The position numbers and the translations under genes were made by a program. A stretch of 47,699 nucleotides of DNA from Candidatus Omnitrophota bacterium (GTDB lineage: Bacteria; Omnitrophota; Gorgyraeia; JABMRN01; RBG-13-46-9), in the NCBI GenBank assembly GCA_013203315.1, contig JABMQJ010000024.1:1-47699 (forward strand). Direction: 5' to 3'. Below are positions 19,667 to 28,149 of this stretch, piece after piece. Position 1 is the first letter of the stretch; every line of letters begins with the position of its first letter. The notes beneath the pieces are model-generated. The model was not told the origin of the DNA. It made no database searches and was given only the letters and a program-made list of their open reading frames with translations.

Positions 19667-20758
19667 ATGAAAATTTTTGCCATAACCAATCAAAAGGGCG
19701 GCTGCGGAAAAACGACGACGGCAACGAATCTTGCCGCGGCGTTCGCGCAGAAAGGCAAGAAAACGCTTCTCATAGACCTTGATCCGCAATCACACGCTTC
19801 CATAGGGCTCGGCGCCATAAGGGTTGAGCCACATGATTCCGTATTTAGCCTATTTTCAGCAGGGCAGGAAAATGCGAAAAAAATACAGGATCTGGCCATA
19901 AAAATAGAAAGCGGTTTTTTTCTCATACCGTCTCACATAATCCTAAGTACCATTGAACACGAACTTAAGGAAAGAGAAGACGGGCTTCTCATACTCACAA
20001 AGGCCATTACACGCTCGGATTTAAGCTACGACTACATTGTTATCGATTGCCCGCCAAACCTCGGGTTTCTGACGTTCAACGCCCTGCGCGCGGCCAATGA
20101 AATAGTTATTCCGGTAGAAACAAGCGCCTTTGCGCTGCTCGGCGTGGGAAAACTAATAAGCATGGTTGAGCTCATAAAAATAAAGCTTCATCACGCCCCG
20201 CACATAAAAGGGCTTGTTACTATGTTTGATGAGTATTCTGATTTCGCGGAGAAAATGCTGCAAAAAATTAAATACATATTCAAAGACAAATTATTAAAAA
20301 CGATTATATCTCAGGATATGGCATTGCGCCAGGCGCAGGAAAAATGCATGTCTATTTTTAAAAGCAATGCCCAGTCCCGCGGCGCGCATGACCATCTGGG
20401 ACTGGCAGAAGAGCTCCTCGAACTTGAGCAGCAGGAGTCATCTGAAAATATATTCCACGAAATGCGTAAGATCCTGCACGGGGTCTACGGTAACGTGTAT
20501 TCAAAACAAAAGGTCTTTCAATTTTACGCCCCTCATGCAAAAGTAGTTTACGTCGTAGGCGACTTTAATAACTGGAAAATGGACGACAATAGCAGGTTGG
20601 AAAGGTCCGAAAAAGGGGAGTGGGAGAAGTCCGTTTATCTTGTGCCGGGGCGGTACAGGTACAAGTTCGTTGCCGACGGCTTATGGCTCTGGGATCCGCA
20701 AAACACTGAAAAAGAGCCAAATCCTTACGGAGATTACGACTCGGTTTTTAAAGTCTGA
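19667..20758 (+). CDS. ParA/Soj family ATPase fused to a CBM48/AMPK-type glycogen-binding domain
   Basis: KGGCGKTT, DLDPQ, IDCPP; C-terminal VVGDFNNW...PGRYRYKFVADG.W..DP.N. Confidence 0.9.
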   Translation: MKIFAITNQKGGCGKTTTATNLAAAFAQKGKKTLLIDLDPQSHASIGLGAIRVEPHDSVFSLFSAGQENAKKIQDLAIKIESGFFLIPSHIILSTIEHELKEREDGLLILTKAITRSDLSYDYIVIDCPPNLGFLTFNALRAANEIVIPVETSAFALLGVGKLISMVELIKIKLHHAPHIKGLVTMFDEYSDFAEKMLQKIKYIFKDKLLKTIISQDMALRQAQEKCMSIFKSNAQSRGAHDHLGLAEELLELEQQESSENIFHEMRKILHGVYGNVYSKQKVFQFYAPHAKVVYVVGDFNNWKMDDNSRLERSEKGEWEKSVYLVPGRYRYKFVADGLWLWDPQNTEKEPNPYGDYDSVFKV

Positions 20759-20759
20759 A

Positions 20760-20801
20760 TGAACCTGTTTCAATCTGTGTTTTTCGCATGAAACAGGTTC
20801 A
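20760..20801. repeat. Perfect 13-bp intergenic inverted repeat
   Basis: TGAACCTGTTTCA-16 nt-TGAAACAGGTTCA. Confidence 0.7.
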
Positions 20802-20821
20802 AAAAAAATAACGAGGTTAAA

Positions 20822-21466
20822 ATGGCACCTTTAAAACAAGATTTTACAAAAGAAGATCCCTGGCGAATATTTCGAATAATGAGCGAATTCGTTGACGGTT
20901 TCGAGGAATTGGCGGATTTAAAAAATGCGGTTAGCGTATTCGGTTCGGCGCGCTCAAAACCAAGTGACAAGTATTACAAATTAGCTGAAAAAACCGCCTC
21001 GCACATGGCCAAGTCCGGTTATACTGTCATAACCGGCGCAGGCCCCGGCATAATGGAAGCTGCCAACAAGGGCGCTAAAAAATCCGGAGGCGACTCTATA
21101 GGGCTAAATATCTTAATACCAACCAAGCAAAAGCCTAATAGATACGTAACTCGGCTTATCGATTTCAAATATTTCTTCTGCAGAAAAGTAATGTTCGCCA
21201 AATACAGCAAGGCCTTTCTCGTGTTTCCCGGCGGATTCGGTACTTTAGACGAACTCTTCGAAGCCCTTTCTCTTGTGCAAACGCAACGCGTGGATCCGTT
21301 TCCCGTTATACTGGTAGGCAAAGACTACTGGAAGGGCCTCATTAAATGGATGCAAACAGCACTGGTCAAGAGGGGCACATTAGTTAAATCGGAACTTTCC
21401 ATTTTTACCCTGATAGACGACCCCAGGGAAATGACCGGTTTCATCAGAGATTTCTACCGGAAATGA
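20822..21466 (+). CDS. LOG family protein (TIGR00730-like)
   Basis: FGSAR, TGAGPGIMEAANKGA, PGGFGTLDE. Confidence 0.93.
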   Translation: MAPLKQDFTKEDPWRIFRIMSEFVDGFEELADLKNAVSVFGSARSKPSDKYYKLAEKTASHMAKSGYTVITGAGPGIMEAANKGAKKSGGDSIGLNILIPTKQKPNRYVTRLIDFKYFFCRKVMFAKYSKAFLVFPGGFGTLDELFEALSLVQTQRVDPFPVILVGKDYWKGLIKWMQTALVKRGTLVKSELSIFTLIDDPREMTGFIRDFYRK

Positions 21467-22368
21467 ACTGGTTTTTTCTATCATTAGCCTGCGCACTCTT
21501 CACGGCAACTACTGCCGCCATATCCAAAACGTTATTACGTAAGAGAGACGAGTTTTCTGTCCTCTGGATAACCTACGCGCTCGCCTTGCCCTTTCTCCTG
21601 ATTATGTTTATTAAACAACCGCGGCCGGAACTTACACTTGATTTCTGTAAAGTCATGGCCATAATGCTGCCTATTGAAGCAACGGCAGTTTTAATGTATT
21701 TGCACGCGCTTAAAACTTCGCCTATTTCTCTGGTTTTTCCATTTCTTGGGCTGACACCGGTATTTAGTATTTTTACCTCATCCCTAATATTGAACGAAAA
21801 ATTCACACCTCTTGGAATAGGAGGGATAGTGCTGGTTTCATTAGGGGCGTATCTGGTGAACGTCCACTCCATAAAAGACGGTGCATTAGCGCCTATAAAA
21901 AATATGCTCAAGGAAAAGGGAGTGCTCCTCATGATCGCGGTCGCTTTTCTCTTTAGCTTTACTTCAGTGTTTGGGAAAAAAGCGGTTCTGCTGACAAGTC
22001 CCGAAACCTTCCCCGCAGTTTATTATACTATTTTTTGCGTTCTACTTTTACCGATAGTCGTAGGCCGATGGCAGCGCTCCCGTCGGCGGCAGGTGAATTC
22101 CGGGCATGCCCCAAGCAGCCAAAATGTCACACGTAAAGAAGTTTTATTATTTTTGGTGATGGGCGCCTCATTCGGAATGGCTATTCTTTTTCATTATAAA
22201 GCAATATCGCTTGTTAACGTCTCTTATATGATTTCGGTAAAGAGGCTTAGCCTGATAATCGGCGTATTTTACGGCGCTTTAATATTTAAAGAAAAAAATA
22301 TCGGATACAGGCTATTGGGTACGGCTGTAATAGTGGCAGGGGTCATGGTGTTGTCGCTGGCGGGATGA
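21463..22368 (+). CDS. EamA/DMT family transporter
   Basis: About ten TM helices in two repeats; SPISLVFP, SYMISVKRLS. Confidence 0.9.
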   Translation: MNWFFLSLACALFTATTAAISKTLLRKRDEFSVLWITYALALPFLLIMFIKQPRPELTLDFCKVMAIMLPIEATAVLMYLHALKTSPISLVFPFLGLTPVFSIFTSSLILNEKFTPLGIGGIVLVSLGAYLVNVHSIKDGALAPIKNMLKEKGVLLMIAVAFLFSFTSVFGKKAVLLTSPETFPAVYYTIFCVLLLPIVVGRWQRSRRRQVNSGHAPSSQNVTRKEVLLFLVMGASFGMAILFHYKAISLVNVSYMISVKRLSLIIGVFYGALIFKEKNIGYRLLGTAVIVAGVMVLSLAG

Positions 22369-22371
22369 GGT

Positions 22372-22404
22372 AATAAACAGCCCCCTCATCAGTTGAGGGG
22401 GCTG
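22372..22404 (-). terminator. Intrinsic terminator with U-tract on the minus strand, possibly bidirectional
   Basis: CAGCCCCCTCA / TGAGGGGGCTG perfect stem; TAATAAA on the left flank. Confidence 0.8.
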
Positions 22405-22498
22405 GAACATCTTGTTGGGTTAACTATTATTGCACGGATGGCAACAGCTTGTACTATTTAATAGTGGACCAGACAACTGGTCATGCTGTTGTCATCCT
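22372..22498 (-). ncRNA. Candidate ~125 nt structured small RNA of unknown family
   Basis: Minus-strand promoter directly upstream, three-way junction at 22436-22497, terminator at the end, no credible ORF. Confidence 0.5.
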
Positions 22499-22504
22499 TT
22501 ATTT

Positions 22505-22533
22505 AGTATACATTGAAAATTGTGAAAAATCAA
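22505..22533 (-). promoter_or_regulatory. sigma70-type promoter for the candidate sRNA
   Basis: Minus strand TTGATT-17 nt-TATACT. Confidence 0.6.
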
Positions 22534-22556
22534 GTTGACCTGGTAACTTTTAGATA

Positions 22557-22688
22557 TTACAATAACGGAAAGCCTATGGGCCATTTTGGTATAGGAATTT
22601 TTGCGGGAAAGGGAATAGAGCACCCGACTGCGAAAGCGGCTATTACAAATAATAGTATTATAATTAATAAAAATTTTGATATACGCAT
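22557..22688 (-). CDS. 43-aa proline-rich micro-lipoprotein (not in ORF track)
   Basis: MRISKFLLIIILLFVIAAFAVG-CSIPFPAKIPIPKWPIGFPLL; AAGGA SD, signal peptide, lipobox-like AVG-C. Confidence 0.65.
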   Translation of the reverse strand: MRISKFLLIIILLFVIAAFAVGCSIPFPAKIPIPKWPIGFPLL

Positions 22689-22734
22689 TTTGGTTCCTTA
22701 AGACGAAGTCATTGTAACACGGAGTTAGAATAAA

Positions 22735-23016
22735 ATGAAGAAAAAAGTATTTCCTATAGCGTTTACTATAATCACGATAACCGTCGCGATCGCAGGCGCC
22801 GTATGCGCGTACATATTTAATACGGCTTTTGCCAGGGGTACGATCGATTATTTCTCTTTTTTCGCGGCTATGTTTTTGATCGTTGACGGGTTTTACAAAA
22901 TCAAGCATTATAAAAACGAGCCCTATTTTCCTAATCATTTCATAAGGCACTTCAGGATAATCATAGGGGCTTGCATTTTCACCATACACATAATGCAATT
23001 TGCATACGGGGTATAA
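22735..23016 (+). CDS. Small hypothetical membrane protein
   Basis: Three hydrophobic segments; GGAG upstream. Confidence 0.7.
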   Translation: MKKKVFPIAFTIITITVAIAGAVCAYIFNTAFARGTIDYFSFFAAMFLIVDGFYKIKHYKNEPYFPNHFIRHFRIIIGACIFTIHIMQFAYGV

Positions 23017-23294
23017 TGGATAGCGTGAAGTATGATACTCTTCAGGAAGAAAATTTGCTTCGGTTCGAATCGGTATGCATGCGCTGTGGCAGATGCTGCG
23101 GATCAAAAGATGGCGACCCTTGCGCAAAATTGCGGACAAATTCTGACAGGAGATATTACTGTGAGATTTATCGGGATAGGCTCGGCCCGCAAAAAACCGT
23201 AAGCGGCAGGGTGTTCAACTGCGTGCCCATAAGGGAGATGGCAAAATACGGTTACGCCAGGCCGGATTGCGCCTATAATAACGCAAGACAATGA
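23016..23294 (+). CDS. CxxCxxCC (YkgJ-like) cysteine-cluster protein
   Basis: CMRCGRCC, PC..L, CEIY.DR; ATG at 23016 overlaps the previous stop. Confidence 0.75.
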   Translation: MDSVKYDTLQEENLLRFESVCMRCGRCCGSKDGDPCAKLRTNSDRRYYCEIYRDRLGPQKTVSGRVFNCVPIREMAKYGYARPDCAYNNARQ

Positions 23295-23614
23295 CTGATA
23301 TATATTTTCTAAAAAGCGGGTGTTTCCAGGACGGGCTAAAACTCCTGGTATATTTTATACCACTGGTTTATATCTTTGTAAAAAAGCGCGAATTGAAACT
23401 TAAATTTTTCGCGCTATTCTGTCTGGGGCTATTTCTTTTGTTTTCGTCAAACCTGCTGGACTTTCTTGATGAGTTCCGCGCCCTGGACAGTTTACCTGTC
23501 ATAGGACATGGGCATCCGATGCAGGATTTTTTTGAAGATACGATAGGTTCGATGCTGGGTTTTATTATTTTAGTCGTGGCCATGCGCCTTGAGCTTAAGA
23601 AAAGAAAGGGGTGA
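23291..23614 (+). CDS. Small hypothetical membrane protein
   Basis: Three TM segments; ATGA overlap with the upstream gene. Confidence 0.7.
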   Translation: MTDIYFLKSGCFQDGLKLLVYFIPLVYIFVKKRELKLKFFALFCLGLFLLFSSNLLDFLDEFRALDSLPVIGHGHPMQDFFEDTIGSMLGFIILVVAMRLELKKRKG

Positions 23615-23619
23615 AAACT

Positions 23620-23682
23620 ATGTGTAAATGCTGCGCAGCTCACAAAAAACCTAAGAAAAAAAAGAAGAAAAAGAAGAAGTAG
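23620..23682 (+). CDS. Possible 20-aa Cys/poly-Lys micropeptide
   Basis: MCKCCAAHKKPKKKKKKKKK; AAGGGGTG SD; mixed AAA/AAG codons. Confidence 0.45.
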   Translation: MCKCCAAHKKPKKKKKKKKK

Positions 23683-23701
23683 CAGGGGAAAGGGGTAAAC
23701 A

Positions 23702-24001
23702 ATGAAAGCGTTAAGATTTAGCGTTATAATAATGGTTTTGTGCCTTGTAATTTCAGGTTTTTCCTTTGCCGAGGACACAGATAAGAAAAAAGATGCCATG
23801 ATGGAAGGCCCGATGATGGGGGATCCGATGATGCGTGGCGGACCCGAGGGTTTTCCCATGATGGGCATGATACCTGTCGGTGACATGGTCGCTACCTCCG
23901 ACGGCGGAGTAGTCATTCTTATCGGAAACCGCCTTGTAAAATACGATAGCAACCTTAGGCTTGTAAAGGAAACGAAAATAGAAGTGGGCAAAAAAAAGTA
24001 A
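23702..24001 (+). CDS. Secreted Met-rich small protein
   Basis: Signal peptide, MMEGPMMGDPMMRGG..PMMGM, then MVATSDGGVVIL.GN.L.KYD. Confidence 0.75.
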   Translation: MKALRFSVIIMVLCLVISGFSFAEDTDKKKDAMMEGPMMGDPMMRGGPEGFPMMGMIPVGDMVATSDGGVVILIGNRLVKYDSNLRLVKETKIEVGKKK

Positions 24002-24020
24002 CAAGAAATACATCAAAAAA

Positions 24021-24035
24021 CCTGCCGGTAGGCAG
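24021..24035. repeat. Short REP-like palindrome
   Basis: CCTGCCGGTAGGCAG is the reverse complement of the CTGCCTACCGGCAGG core at 11966-11980. Confidence 0.6.
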
Positions 24036-24050
24036 AGAAGGAGAAAAAAA

Positions 24051-24287
24051 ATGCCGTATAACAGCGAATTGGATGAACGCCTGTATTCTAAATCATTTGA
24101 AGTGGAAGCAGGGCGCCTCACTGTGAGTGTTTATTCATACAATAAAGGCATGAAAAAAATGCAACTTACGCGGGAAAACAGAACCGCAGACGGTGATTTC
24201 CGGTTCGGTAAGCTCGGAAGAGTAACTAAGGAAGAAGCGGAATCAATGATTCCTTTAATGCAGGAAGCATTAAAGAGTATGGACTAA
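24051..24287 (+). CDS. Small hypothetical protein, possibly PC4/PUR-like nucleic-acid-binding fold
   Basis: AAGGAG SD; beta-beta-beta-beta-alpha pattern; fold call is inference. Confidence 0.7.
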   Translation: MPYNSELDERLYSKSFEVEAGRLTVSVYSYNKGMKKMQLTRENRTADGDFRFGKLGRVTKEEAESMIPLMQEALKSMD

Positions 24288-24312
24288 ATTCTCCGGTAAC
24301 GGGGGATAGAGG

Positions 24313-25332
24313 TTAAGAGACGGGATTTACGGGATTTCCATTCAGGAAACCCGTAATGTTCCCGATGGTTGTATCCAGTATTCTCTGCAACGCCTGTTTT
24401 GAATAAAATCCGATATGTGGTGTAAAAACTACGTTTTCCCTCTGCAGAAGAAAACAATTCCTGAGTGTTAACTGAAGTTTTTCCGGGGTATGCAATTCCT
24501 TCCTTCTTCTCATCAAAAGTTGTTTTTCCTCAAGTATAATATCCTCGCCTTCAAGGACGTCCAGGCCGGCACCGGCTAATGCCCCTTGATCCAGTGCCCT
24601 GGCAAGCGCAACCGTATCCACCAGCCCGCCACGGGCCGTATTAATAAGAATGGCGCCCTTCTTTATCAATTTTATGCTGTCTTCGTTTATCAAGTGGTGT
24701 GTCTTCTTATTATAAGGGGCGTGCAGGCTTATTATATCGGACCGGCCAAGTAGCGTTTCAAAATCAGCATATTCAAAACCTAGAACCTCCGATAAAAACT
24801 GATTTGGCTTGGGATCAAAGGCAAGAACCTTCATGCTGAAGCCTACGGCCATCTTTATGACCCTTAAGCCTATGTGCCCGGTGCCAACTACACCGATCGT
24901 CTTTCCCTTAAGATCAAATCCCATGAGCCCTTTAATGGCGAAATCGCACTTACTTGCCTTAACATGCGCTTTTTTAAGATGGCGCGCGATTGATAAAATA
25001 AGGGCGAAGGTGTGCTCGGCAACCGTGTTTTCGCCGTAGGTTGGGACGTTCGACACGACGATACCTTTTTTCCGCGCGTAATCGACGTCGATATGATCAA
25101 ATCCGGTAGAGCGGGTCGCTATAAACTTTAGGTTTGGCAATGAATCGATTATCTTTTTATCTACCTTTGAATTTATAAAAGTGGAGAGAATGGCGCTATC
25201 TTTGATTTTATCGAGAACGAGGCCGGCGGTTTCTTTAAAATTCTTGATTTCACCGGATGAACTTAAATGTTTCTTAAGGTATTCTATCTCCCAGGGGTCT
25301 TCAATATCTACGACGGATATTGCGGGGTTCAT
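24313..25332 (-). CDS. D-isomer-specific 2-hydroxyacid dehydrogenase (D-lactate dehydrogenase-like)
   Basis: TRSTGFDHID, GTGHIG, INTARG, LDVLEGE, TPHIG. Confidence 0.92.
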   Translation of the reverse strand: MNPAISVVDIEDPWEIEYLKKHLSSSGEIKNFKETAGLVLDKIKDSAILSTFINSKVDKKIIDSLPNLKFIATRSTGFDHIDVDYARKKGIVVSNVPTYGENTVAEHTFALILSIARHLKKAHVKASKCDFAIKGLMGFDLKGKTIGVVGTGHIGLRVIKMAVGFSMKVLAFDPKPNQFLSEVLGFEYADFETLLGRSDIISLHAPYNKKTHHLINEDSIKLIKKGAILINTARGGLVDTVALARALDQGALAGAGLDVLEGEDIILEEKQLLMRRRKELHTPEKLQLTLRNCFLLQRENVVFTPHIGFYSKQALQRILDTTIGNITGFLNGNPVNPVS

Positions 25333-25709
25333 GCGCGATTTTTCTCGATCTCTTCCTTTATAATCTGATCTATGTATTGGTCGGCTTCGGCCATGTCTTC
25401 GAAAATATCGATCATGGGTAGGATCTTCATTACCTCGAATACCTTTTCGATCTGCGGTTGAAGATTTATCATGGCAAAGGTCGCGAGCTTCTTTTCCAGG
25501 GTCTTTTTAGCCCACACAACAACCCTTATGCCAACCGAGCTTATATAGTCCACGGCCTTCATGTCCATGATGACCGCCTTCGTTCCGTCGTGGATAAGCT
25601 CTTTTACTTCGTCTTCCAGCTTCTGGTGCGACTCCGCGTCAATCGCCCCTTTTAACTCGACTGCGTAAACATGATTCGGTTTCTTTTCAACTTTTATAGA
25701 TAGCGCCAT
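25329..25709 (-). CDS. STAS domain anti-sigma factor antagonist
   Basis: LKGAIDA, VDYISSVG with phosphorylatable Ser. Confidence 0.9.
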   Translation of the reverse strand: MALSIKVEKKPNHVYAVELKGAIDAESHQKLEDEVKELIHDGTKAVIMDMKAVDYISSVGIRVVVWAKKTLEKKLATFAMINLQPQIEKVFEVMKILPMIDIFEDMAEADQYIDQIIKEEIEKNRA

Positions 25710-25796
25710 TTTTCCTCCCGTTTTTATATTGAATTTGTGTAACGTGTTATTATATTCGACCTTCCCGCATATGTAAAGTAAAATGTTTACGGGAAT

Positions 25797-25824
25797 TTGA
25801 TTTTAGCGCATTTTGTGGTATAAT
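25797..25824 (+). promoter_or_regulatory. sigma70-type promoter
   Basis: TTGATT-16 nt-TATAAT with extended TG. Confidence 0.55.
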
Positions 25825-25852
25825 CAATTAAGCTTATATATATAGGAGTAGC

Positions 25853-26248
25853 GTGTTTATGATTACCAAAAAGATCGCGATTATATGCATAACATTAGTT
25901 TTTGCGTGCTGCGCTTTCTCTTCTAGCGCTTCCGCGGGGCCGCTATTCGAGTTAATGGCGGTTGGCGAAAGCCAAAAAGAGATGGAGAAAGAGCTGGATA
26001 AGGAGACGAAGGCCTACAAAGCTATTAAAAGGGCCATAGAAAATGGCCACATCAAAAAAGGTGAATCCGCGGATAAAATACGAAAAAGGTACGGGGCACC
26101 TGTTATCACGCTTTCTGATCGGCAGTATGCCGAGAAATGGGTTTACAAACCGGGTTACGCCTCCTATTTTGACGGCATAAAAATATATCTATTCTTTGAT
26201 GACGACAAAGCCCTGAAAGGCGTAAGGGTAATGAGCGGGGCTAGGTAA
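25853..26248 (+). CDS. Secreted hypothetical protein with SmpA-like C-terminus
   Basis: Signal peptide; IKKG.S...I...YG.P, KWVY, IYLFFD. Confidence 0.7.
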   Translation: MFMITKKIAIICITLVFACCAFSSSASAGPLFELMAVGESQKEMEKELDKETKAYKAIKRAIENGHIKKGESADKIRKRYGAPVITLSDRQYAEKWVYKPGYASYFDGIKIYLFFDDDKALKGVRVMSGAR

Positions 26249-26258
26249 GGGAGGGAAG

Positions 26259-27065
26259 ATGGATACTCTTTTTTTAAGTCCTTTGGAAATATCGCGCGCT
26301 TTAAGCCGCATAGGAGTAAAGAAGGCAACCGCGACAATCTTTGAGCAACTCATCTTCGGAGTACTGGCAGGGATATATATTGCCTTCGGCTGCAATGCCG
26401 CTACTGCCATATTAAGCGGGGGGACGCTTGACCCGGGCCTTGCGATATTTCTTGCAGGCAGCGTATTTAGCGTGGGTCTCATGCTGGTTTTAATTCCCGG
26501 CTCGGAGCTCTTCACCGGGAACATACTCATGACCATAGGTTTTATTTATAGAAAATATCGCTTCATAAAAGTCCTGCGCAACTGGCTCGTTGTTTATTTC
26601 GGTAATTTAGTGGGCGCGCTTATCATCGTGTGGCTCGTATTCGGCACCGGCCTCCTGGGGCAGGTAGGTAATTTAACACCCGCAGGAGAGGTGGCAGTCA
26701 GAATCGCTGAGAAAAAATTGCACCTGGGCTTTGCAGAAGCCCTGTGCCGGGGAATTTTATGTAATATGCTCGTGTGCCTGGCGGTAATCATGTGTATAGC
26801 CTCAAAGTCTCTAATCGGCAAAATATTCGGTATCTATTTTCCGATCATGGCATTCGTCGTCTCCGGTTACGAACACTCCGTGGCTAACATGTATTTCATA
26901 CCGGCAGGCCTTGTGCTAAAAGGACAATTCGCATCGGGCTTCTTTTCAATGTTCAATAACCTAATCCCTGTAACGATAGGCAATATCATAGGTGGGCTTT
27001 TAATAGTGCTTTTACATCCAAAAGTCGAGGAACGAATCGGCCGATTACTTATGGGAAGAGGGTAG
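26259..27065 (+). CDS. Formate/nitrite transporter family channel
   Basis: LAGIYIAFG, ELFTGN, GILCNMLVCLA, EHSVANM, GNIIGG. Confidence 0.93.
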   Translation: MDTLFLSPLEISRALSRIGVKKATATIFEQLIFGVLAGIYIAFGCNAATAILSGGTLDPGLAIFLAGSVFSVGLMLVLIPGSELFTGNILMTIGFIYRKYRFIKVLRNWLVVYFGNLVGALIIVWLVFGTGLLGQVGNLTPAGEVAVRIAEKKLHLGFAEALCRGILCNMLVCLAVIMCIASKSLIGKIFGIYFPIMAFVVSGYEHSVANMYFIPAGLVLKGQFASGFFSMFNNLIPVTIGNIIGGLLIVLLHPKVEERIGRLLMGRG

Positions 27066-27079
27066 GGGTAGTTAAAAAT

Positions 27080-28066
27080 ATGAAAAAAACAGCGCTTGTA
27101 GCGGGTGCCGGTGGATTTATAGGCGGTCACCTCGTAAAGCGATTGAAAAAAGAAGGGTACTGGGTTCGCGGCGTAGATTTAAAGCATCACGAATTTAGCC
27201 CGACAAAAGCTGATGATTTCGTAATAGGGGACCTTCGCGATGTGGCTACGTGCAATAGAGTTATGGACCGGGCATTTGACGAAGTCTATCAGTTGGCAGC
27301 CGACATGGGTGGGGCCGGATTTGTCTTTACGGGGAAAAATGATGCCGTGGTTTTACATAATTCCGCCTCGATCAATCTAAACATGCTCGAAGCGGCAAAA
27401 AATACGAAGATAAAAAAGATATTTTACTCCTCATCGGCCTGCATATATCCGAAGCATAATCAGCTTGACCCGAATAACCCAAAATGTTCGGAAGATTCCG
27501 CGTATCCCGCAAGCCCTGATAGCGAATATGGCTGGGAAAAACTTTTCAGCGAGCGGCTATACATGGCTTATCATCGTAATTACGGGATGGATATTCGCAT
27601 TGCCAGATTTCACAACATATTCGGCGAAGAAGGAACCTGGCGCGGGGGAAGAGAGAAGGCTCCTGCTGCATTATGCAGAAAAGTCGCGGAAACAAAAGAC
27701 GGTGGAACAAGTGAAATGTGGGGAGACGGAAAACAAACCAGGTCTTTCCTATATATAACAGAGTGCCTAGAAGGCGTAAGTCGCTTAATGAAATCGGACT
27801 TTGCGGGGCCCGTCAACATCGGGTCCGATGAGATGGTTACCATAAATGATCTGGCCAAAATGATTATGGGCGTCGCGGGTAAGAATTTGCAAATAAAGCA
27901 CGTTGAGGGGCCGCTCGGGGTAAGAGGAAGAAATTCCGACAATAAACTGATCCGTGAAAAACTGGGCTGGGCGCCAATGTGTAGCTTGAAAACCGGTTTA
28001 GAAAAAACGTATCCCTGGATAGAAGCGCAGGTCAAATTAGGTAGGACAGCAAGTAAACAGGTCTGA
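27080..28066 (+). CDS. NAD-dependent epimerase, GDP-mannose 3,5-epimerase-like
   Basis: GAGGFIG, LAADMGG.GF, SSACIYP, YGWEK, GGREKAPAA.CRK, GVRGRNSDN. Confidence 0.9.
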   Translation: MKKTALVAGAGGFIGGHLVKRLKKEGYWVRGVDLKHHEFSPTKADDFVIGDLRDVATCNRVMDRAFDEVYQLAADMGGAGFVFTGKNDAVVLHNSASINLNMLEAAKNTKIKKIFYSSSACIYPKHNQLDPNNPKCSEDSAYPASPDSEYGWEKLFSERLYMAYHRNYGMDIRIARFHNIFGEEGTWRGGREKAPAALCRKVAETKDGGTSEMWGDGKQTRSFLYITECLEGVSRLMKSDFAGPVNIGSDEMVTINDLAKMIMGVAGKNLQIKHVEGPLGVRGRNSDNKLIREKLGWAPMCSLKTGLEKTYPWIEAQVKLGRTASKQV

Positions 28067-28149
28067 CTATTTTAATGATTTGTTTTTTCTTAAATGCCTG
28101 GGCAGTATCCGCTTCTTCCGGTTAAATAGGGGGTGCGCGGGAAAAGGGA

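Noticed and set aside
22492-23139. 215-aa minus-strand ORF and the 62-aa plus-strand ORF at 22513-22701
   Set aside because: Both overlap better-supported genes and the 43-aa lipoprotein, and have no motifs
23368-24121. Minus-strand 207-aa and 122-aa ORFs
   Set aside because: Antisense to SD-supported plus-strand genes; hydrophobic runs merely mirror the poly-Lys codons
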